A DNA stretch of 61,536 nucleotides, counting the filler. It is 4 parts of 4 records of this genome, joined end to end, with 100 filler letters (N's around TTAATTAATTAA, not from the genome) between each part and the next. Parts side by side here need not be neighbours in the genome. Positions count along the whole stretch, not along the records: positions 41,005 to 61,536 come from SRR20825019_460; 3 more parts are not named here. One strand, written 5' to 3'. Positions 55,527-61,536 of this stretch are shown piece after piece (positions within the stretch are counted from its first letter, which is position 1; each line of letters opens with the position of its first letter). Both the position numbers and the translations under genes were made by a program. The notes beneath the pieces are model-generated. The model worked only from the letters and a program-made list of their open reading frames with translations, was not told where the DNA came from and searched no databases.

Positions 55527-57188
55527 ATGTTTACCTGGATTCAGAAATACTTCCAACGCCACTTCGGCATCATCTGTGTATTGATCCTTCTCGCGATGGG
55601 TGTGCCCCTGATCGTCATCTTTGCACCATCCTCCGGGATCGGCCAGGGCGATCAACAGGCACTCGTGCGAGAAGTCTTCGGATACAACCTCGGTTCCGAA
55701 AAGGATCAGGCCCGTCTCTTCGGAGACGCCAACTTGAGCGCCACACTCCAACTCGGCTACGCTGGGATCAGTGGCGAGCAACTCCAGCAATACGCGCTGC
55801 AACGCGCCGCTGCTCTGCACCTCGCCGACGAGAAAAACATTCCTGCCTCCACCGCCGAGGAAATTACCGAGGCGATTAAAGGCCTGCGCGTCTTCGCCAC
55901 CGAATCCGGCACCTTTGATGCTCAACGCTACGCCTCTTTCCGCGAGAACCTTAAATCCGGCGCCCAGATTACCGAAGCCGATGTCAGTCGTGTCATCGCC
56001 GACGATGTTCGCGCCGAAAAACTGCGCGCGATCCTCGCCGGTCCGGGCTATGTGCTCGATGCGGATGTCTCCGCCCAACTCGCCCGCGGTGAAACCACCT
56101 GGACCCTGTCAGTCGCCGAAGCCGACTATGCCAAGTATGCTCCGTCCATCGATAGCGATTCGGATGCCCTCGCAAAATTCTTTGCCGACAATACCTTTCG
56201 CTACGAAATCGGGCCCCAAGTGAGCCTCCGCTATATCGATTTCCCCGCCGCCAAATACATCGGCCAACTTGCAAACTCCGAAGACGAGTTGAAGTCCTTT
56301 TTTGAAGCCAACCCCTCCCGCTTTGAAAAGCCGGCCGAAGGCGACACCCCCGCCGCACCAGCCGGCAGTGCCGATTTCGCCATCGTGCGCGCCCAGGTCG
56401 ATGAGGAACTCAAGCTCGCCAAAGCACGTGATCTCGCCACCCGCGAAGCCTCGGCTCTCACGCTGGCAATTTACGAAAGTAAACTCTCCAACAACGAAGA
56501 CACCATCGCTTCCTTTCTTGCCGCTCACCACGTTTCGACCAAACCGTTGAAACCCTTCAGCAGCACGGAAGGTCCCAGCGAACTTGGTCACTCAGCCGAT
56601 GTCACGACCGCGGCATTCAAACTCAATGGTCAGCGCTTCTATTCGGACGCCATCCCCGTGCAAAATGGCGCAGTCATCCTGCTCTGGAAGGAAACCCTTC
56701 CCGCACGCACGCCGCTCATGAGTGAGGTTCTCGATAAGGTGAAAGCCGATTATATTGAAACCGAAAAACGCAAACGCTTCGTTGCGGCCGGCAAGACTCT
56801 CCAAAGCACCATCACGGCGCAACTCGCCGCCGGCAGCGATTTTGCCACCGCGGCCCAACAGGCGGCCAAGACGGCCGGCGTTACCGTCGAAGTGAAGAGC
56901 CTCTCGCCTTTCACCCCATCGAACCCTCCTGAATCCACCGAGTTCTCGACCTACGGACCATTGGAAACCCTTAACAAGGGAGAAGTGTCTTCGATGATTA
57001 TCAAAGGTCAGAAAGGGGTGTTGGTTTATGCAGCTGACAAGCAGCTGCCCGACCTCACCAAGGCCAATCCTCTCTTTGAGCAGACACGCCAACAGATTGC
57101 TGCGATGACCTCTCGATTGGGCGTCAGCAAATATCTCGATCAGGTCGTCCGCGAGGAACTCGCGAAATCCGAACCCAACTTAAACTAA
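55527..57188 (+). CDS. PpiD/SurA N-terminal-domain periplasmic chaperone
   Basis: N-terminal TM, SGTFDAQRYASF, EDELKSFFEANPSRF, EVLDKVKADY. Confidence 0.75.
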   Translation: MFTWIQKYFQRHFGIICVLILLAMGVPLIVIFAPSSGIGQGDQQALVREVFGYNLGSEKDQARLFGDANLSATLQLGYAGISGEQLQQYALQRAAALHLADEKNIPASTAEEITEAIKGLRVFATESGTFDAQRYASFRENLKSGAQITEADVSRVIADDVRAEKLRAILAGPGYVLDADVSAQLARGETTWTLSVAEADYAKYAPSIDSDSDALAKFFADNTFRYEIGPQVSLRYIDFPAAKYIGQLANSEDELKSFFEANPSRFEKPAEGDTPAAPAGSADFAIVRAQVDEELKLAKARDLATREASALTLAIYESKLSNNEDTIASFLAAHHVSTKPLKPFSSTEGPSELGHSADVTTAAFKLNGQRFYSDAIPVQNGAVILLWKETLPARTPLMSEVLDKVKADYIETEKRKRFVAAGKTLQSTITAQLAAGSDFATAAQQAAKTAGVTVEVKSLSPFTPSNPPESTEFSTYGPLETLNKGEVSSMIIKGQKGVLVYAADKQLPDLTKANPLFEQTRQQIAAMTSRLGVSKYLDQVVREELAKSEPNLN

Positions 57189-57193
57189 TTTAC

Positions 57194-57224
57194 AGCCCGT
57201 CACTTCACCGTGACGGGCTTTTTT
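57194..57224 (+). terminator. Intrinsic terminator
   Basis: AGCCCGTCAC-TTCACC-GTGACGGGCT followed by a T-run. Confidence 0.85.
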
Positions 57225-57493
57225 GTGCCCGCATACCACGCAACCGCTCATCCGCACACCGAACCGTTCGCCCCAAATCACTCGTCTCACCGGATCGGAC
57301 ATCCGAATCTCGCCGCGTTTCGCCCTTCCCTCAGAGGAAGTTATCTCCGATAAGTTCGACTTCAGCCGAAACTTGCCGCCATTTTCGACGTCTTTTCACT
57401 AGTCCTTTTCTTCTCACCGTAAATTTCGGTAACTTTTTGCCGACTCACGTGTTCTCAATTTACAACCACAGCACTGAAAACACCACGAACTCC

Positions 57494-58978
57494 ATGTCGC
57501 CTCAGGTCTTCCGCTTCTCATTCCTCTCCTTTGCCTTTCTGCTCGGCATCCTGCCAGTTCACGCAGCGGCAACCTCCGAGCTGACTCTTCAGGAGTGTAT
57601 CACCCGTGCTCTGGACAAGAATTTCCAACTGCACATCCAAGGTTTCGAAACGGCCAATGCCGTGGAGAACCTCTCAGCCTCCCAATCAACCTACGATCCA
57701 AGCTTCACGTTGACGGCCAGCAAAAGTGTCAATCAGGCCGATCAACCCTCCACCACTCTGGTTGGCACGAAAAGTGACAGCTTGAACACCCGGGTCGGCG
57801 TTAATCAGAAGATTTCCACCGGCGCGACGGTCAATCTAGGCAGCACGCTGAACCGCAGCGCGACCAATAACACCTTCGCCACTCTCAATCCCGCCTACAA
57901 CGCGGATGTGACCCTCTCAATCTCGCAACCGCTTCTCAAAAATTTCGGTGCGGCGGTTAACAACGCCGCCATCAAACGCGCTGAGATCGGCGTGACGATT
58001 GCCGAATTGAATTACAAGGGTCAGGTGCTCCAGCTCGTGCGTGACACCGAGGTTGCCTACTACAATCTCGTCTTCGCTCGCGAACAATACAAGGTGCGCT
58101 CACTCAGTCTCGAACTCGCCGAAAAACTCTACGAAGAAAACCGCACGAAAAAAGACACCGGCGTCGCGACCGACCTCGATGTCCTTCAGGCTGAAGTCGG
58201 CGTGGCCACCGCCCGGCGTGCCGTCCTCCTCGCCCAGCAGCAAGTTCGCGATTCACAAGACGATCTGCTCAGCATCATTGGTCAGTTCGAATTCGATTCC
58301 GCGCTCGGTGAAGTCAGCCTTCCCACCACTGCCCAGCTCCAACCTGATTTCGACCACTCCTATCAGCTCGCGCGCGTCAATCACACCGACTACATCGCAG
58401 CTGAGAGCATCCTCCAGCAATTCGAGATCGATGCCGCCGCGGCCAAACGTAATCGGCTGCCATCACTCGATCTCGGCGGTGCCGTCGGCTACAATACCCG
58501 CGATAGCAGCGCCAGTAAGGCGTTCGACCGGCTTCCCGATGGCGATGGCTACGCTTGGCAGGTTGATCTCTCCCTCAACGTCCCCTGGGGCATGCGTTCG
58601 GAGAAAGCGCAGTATCAAACAGCCCTCAATAACTTGCAGCGGCAGCGAATGCGCGTTCGTCAGATAGACCAAAATCTCACCGCGCAAGTGCGCACCGCCG
58701 TGCGGTCCGTCGAAACCAATCTTGAGAGCGTCACCATTTCCGCGCAGGCCACCACCTTGAGCGAGAAACAATACGAACTCGAAAAGGCCCGCTTCGACGC
58801 CGGTCTCTCCACCAGTCGCCGCGTGTTGGAAGCACAGGATGATCTCGAAACAGCCCGGGTGGCCGAGTTACAATCCCGGGTGACGCTTCGCAATGCCATT
58901 GCCGAGCTCCATCGTCTTGAAGGCACCTCCCTCGCACTCTACAATATCCGGATCGACGAACACGCCGCGGTGAACTGA
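57494..58978 (+). CDS. TolC-family outer membrane protein
   Basis: LTLQECITRALDKN, SQPLLKNFG, GVATDLDVLQAE, RFDAGLSTSRRVLEAQ. Confidence 0.9.
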   Translation: MSPQVFRFSFLSFAFLLGILPVHAAATSELTLQECITRALDKNFQLHIQGFETANAVENLSASQSTYDPSFTLTASKSVNQADQPSTTLVGTKSDSLNTRVGVNQKISTGATVNLGSTLNRSATNNTFATLNPAYNADVTLSISQPLLKNFGAAVNNAAIKRAEIGVTIAELNYKGQVLQLVRDTEVAYYNLVFAREQYKVRSLSLELAEKLYEENRTKKDTGVATDLDVLQAEVGVATARRAVLLAQQQVRDSQDDLLSIIGQFEFDSALGEVSLPTTAQLQPDFDHSYQLARVNHTDYIAAESILQQFEIDAAAAKRNRLPSLDLGGAVGYNTRDSSASKAFDRLPDGDGYAWQVDLSLNVPWGMRSEKAQYQTALNNLQRQRMRVRQIDQNLTAQVRTAVRSVETNLESVTISAQATTLSEKQYELEKARFDAGLSTSRRVLEAQDDLETARVAELQSRVTLRNAIAELHRLEGTSLALYNIRIDEHAAVN

Positions 58979-59034
58979 TTCCCGGCAGAGTCGGTTCCAT
59001 GACGATTCACCTCGCCTCTTAGAGACTGAGAATC

Positions 59035-59232
59035 GGTGGTGCGCGTTGTCCTCGACGCGCCATTGCATGGCCGCATGCGGGACAGCGTCTTGCAGACAAA
59101 CCGAACCACCTGTAACACAGGTTTTCTTCACAGCCACTAAGAAGGTGGCTGGGCACGTCCCTGTGCCCAGCAGGACGCGCAGCTTCCTCTCACAAAGGAA
59201 CCAATGATAAGCACTGGGACGTGCCCGCCCCC
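59035..59232. repeat. Two degenerate REP-doublet (REPIN-like) inverted repeats
   Basis: Pairs 59035-59060/59085-59110 and 59144-59171/59211-59232; each left arm starts GGTGG followed by a palindrome. Confidence 0.6.
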
Positions 59233-59288
59233 CCGTGTAACGCCACTCCCTTCACTTCCAATGTGCGAGCAAGCTCGCAGCCTACCGC

Positions 59289-60230
59289 TTACTCCGGCTG
59301 AAGGGACGACTGCAGCGGCGATAACGGCGCAAACAAATCGGCCACTTCTACCGTCGCCGCATCGACCGTGCGATGCTCTGGTAATTGCGTGCGAAACCAG
59401 GTGCGCTGCTTCTTCACCAAGGCACGGGTATTCTGGGCGATCTTCTCCGCCAACATCGAGGCAGGGAGCTCATCTGCCAGCATCGCCTGCACTTCCCGAT
59501 AACCGATCGAGCGTGCCGCACTGGGATTCGCCGTGAGATTTTCTTTCAAAAGCTGCACCACCTCTGCGACCAGCCCATCCGCCAGCATGGCATCGACTCG
59601 CCGACGAATACGTTGCTCCAAGTCGTCACGATCGCGGACGAGTTCGGTCAGCTGTATTTCGTAATCGGCAAAGGCTGCAGGCTGTGCGGCAAATTCCGTT
59701 CGCAGCTGATCAAGAGTTTTGCCCGACGATAAACATCGCTCCAGGGCCCGCGTCACCCGACGGGGATTATCGCGATCCAAAGCCCCCAATCCCTCGGGAT
59801 TCAATTCCTTCAGGGCGACGATTGCCTCAGCCAATGACAGCGCCTCGACCCGCGATCTGATCTCCGCCGGCACTTTGACCGTATCCGCCACCGGGGCCAA
59901 AAATGCTTTTAAATAAAATCCGCTTCCTCCCGTCACCAAAACGCGTCGCCCCCGATCCTGAATATCGCGCACAGTCTCGCTCGCCAAGGCCACATAGCGG
60001 GCGATATCCATCGCTTCACTGGGTTCGCAGATATTGATCAGATGATGGGGGATTCTCGCGAGCTCAGCCTCCGTCGGTTTCGCCGTGCCGATATTCATCC
60101 CACGATAAAACAACAGCGAATCGCAGGAGACGATTTCCGCACTGTTCTCCTCCGCCCAACGCAACGCCAGCTCGGTTTTCCCGACAGCGGTGCACCCCGT
60201 GAGCAGATGAATTGTTTTGCGTGCAGACAT
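59289..60230 (-). CDS. miaA: tRNA dimethylallyltransferase
   Basis: GCTAVGKT, CDSLLFYRGMNIGTAKP, VTGGSGFY, KKQRTWF. Confidence 0.95.
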   Translation of the reverse strand: MSARKTIHLLTGCTAVGKTELALRWAEENSAEIVSCDSLLFYRGMNIGTAKPTEAELARIPHHLINICEPSEAMDIARYVALASETVRDIQDRGRRVLVTGGSGFYLKAFLAPVADTVKVPAEIRSRVEALSLAEAIVALKELNPEGLGALDRDNPRRVTRALERCLSSGKTLDQLRTEFAAQPAAFADYEIQLTELVRDRDDLEQRIRRRVDAMLADGLVAEVVQLLKENLTANPSAARSIGYREVQAMLADELPASMLAEKIAQNTRALVKKQRTWFRTQLPEHRTVDAATVEVADLFAPLSPLQSSLQPE

Positions 60231-60343
60231 GCCCTACGAGTTGGGCGCAGGTATCCCCTCGTTACAAGCGCGTGATTTATCACCCGCGACCTGCTTTCCG
60301 AACTCGCCGACCCGCTTTCCGTCCTCCTAACATCTCCCCGGCT

Positions 60344-61225
60344 TTGAAACTGCGATTTATTTTTAACCCTCACTCCGGACACAATCTCCGGAATCCGCAT
60401 CTCCTGAATCGCGCACGAGAGTTCATTCAGGAGCAACACCTCGATGCCACCGTCGTGGCGACCGAGAGACCTCTCCATGCCACCGAGCTTGCCCGTCAGG
60501 CGATCAACGAGGGGTGCGATACGATTGTCGCCATCGGTGGAGATGGCACGATGAACGAAGTGGCCACCGCCCTGATCGACAGCCCGGCCACCCTCGGGCT
60601 AATCCCCTGTGGTTCCGGAAACGGACTCGGGCGACACCTGGGCATCCCAAAACCCAATCGCGGCGCCTTCAATACGCTCATCCACGGGAAGCCCCGTTTG
60701 CTCGATACCGGTGAAGCCAATGGTCGCGCGTTTTTCAATGTGATGGGACTCGGATTCGACGCCGAAATCAGTGAGCGTTTTACCAAAGTCACCCGGCGCG
60801 GTTTCAGCGCCTATGTGCACACGACCCTTTCCGCGTGGCGTTCTTATCAGCCTCAAAACGTCGTCATTCGCAGTGGCGAGCAGCAAATCGAAAGTTCGGC
60901 CTTCATCCTCTCGGTCGCCAATTCTGACCAATTTGGCAACAACTGCTATATCGCGCCCGGCGCGCAAGTGGACGATGGCATTCTCAATCTCACGATTCTT
61001 AAACCCGTCAATGTGCTTCAGGCCGTGCCGCTCGGCTTACGCCTCTTTTGTGCACGGCTGGATGGATCACGTCATGTCGAGCGTATGTGTGGCACGGAAT
61101 TTGTGATCCAACGCCCTTCCGCTGGCCTCATCCATACGGATGGCGAGCCCTTTACCACAACCGCGGAAGTGAAGGTCACCGTGCGACCACGCAGCCTGCG
61201 TGTTCTCGTGCCTGCCACCAATTAA
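60344..61225 (+). CDS. Diacylglycerol/lipid kinase family (YegS-like)
   Basis: FIFNPHSG, GGDGTMNEV, IPCGSGNGL, HTDGE; start uncertain. Confidence 0.9.
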   Translation: MKLRFIFNPHSGHNLRNPHLLNRAREFIQEQHLDATVVATERPLHATELARQAINEGCDTIVAIGGDGTMNEVATALIDSPATLGLIPCGSGNGLGRHLGIPKPNRGAFNTLIHGKPRLLDTGEANGRAFFNVMGLGFDAEISERFTKVTRRGFSAYVHTTLSAWRSYQPQNVVIRSGEQQIESSAFILSVANSDQFGNNCYIAPGAQVDDGILNLTILKPVNVLQAVPLGLRLFCARLDGSRHVERMCGTEFVIQRPSAGLIHTDGEPFTTTAEVKVTVRPRSLRVLVPATN

Positions 61226-61536
61226 GCGGGAATCTCACGAAACATGACCACCCGATTGCGACCGCTTTCCTTGGCCGAATAGAGCGCCTTGTCGGCAGCC
61301 GCAATTAACTCGGCGGCATTGTTTCCATCACGCGGAAAGTCCGCCACGCCGGCGCTCACCGTGAGGGACAAGACCAGATCGCCTCCGGCCGGAACCGGGG
61401 CAGATTCAATCGCGGCTCGCACTTCGTCAGCCAAACGCCACGCGACTTCGGAATCGCCCTCCAGCATCACGATCGCAAATTCTTCCCCACCATAGCGCAT
61501 CACGCGATCCACCGACCGCGCCTTTCGCTCCATCCG
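61222..61536 (-). CDS. GGDEF diguanylate cyclase, C-terminal fragment
   Basis: RYGGEEF, TVSAGVA, ADKALYSAKESGRN. Confidence 0.9.
   Translation of the reverse strand, partial: RMERKARSVDRVMRYGGEEFAIVMLEGDSEVAWRLADEVRAAIESAPVPAGGDLVLSLTVSAGVADFPRDGNNAAELIAAADKALYSAKESGRNRVVMFREIPA

Overview
The window is not one locus. It joins four unrelated contigs with 100-nt artificial spacers (N44-TTAATTAATTAA-N44) at 18254-18353, 30590-30689 and 40905-41004. (1) 1-18253 is a compact eukaryotic genome with about 46-61 nt GT-AG introns and the standard code. It looks like a flagellated protist, possibly a cryptophyte (inference). It encodes a coiled-coil protein, a C12orf56/DUF4551-like protein, a TIR-like plus caspase-like fusion with both catalytic residues lost, SPATA17, a GH59 galactosylceramidase with a ricin-like tail, a small EF-hand protein, an unknown protein and a kinesin-7. 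Every gene start abuts a very GC/CpG-rich island. (2) 18354-30589 is an alphaproteobacterium (Rhizobiaceae-like). It has a peptide-type ABC importer operon with an embedded GH1 glycosidase, a COG3964 amidohydrolase, RidA, IclR and a SelA-related/DgaE-like PLP enzyme, tied together by a shared 19-bp operator-like motif. (3) 30690-40904 is Flavobacteriaceae-like. It has a tRNA 3' end, an AT-rich islet whose gene is split by one base in a T9 run, AraC, a catalytically dead SRAP, small stress proteins, cls and GH3. (4) 41005-61536 is Verrucomicrobia/Opitutaceae-like. It has efp (Asn at the tip), can, tandem heparinase II/III-like paralogues, a pyrimidine nucleoside phosphorylase homologue with a remodelled active site, argS, YihY, a PpiD-like protein, TolC, REP-like repeats, miaA, a lipid kinase and a GGDEF fragment. 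All family calls come from motif recognition by eye; no searches were run.
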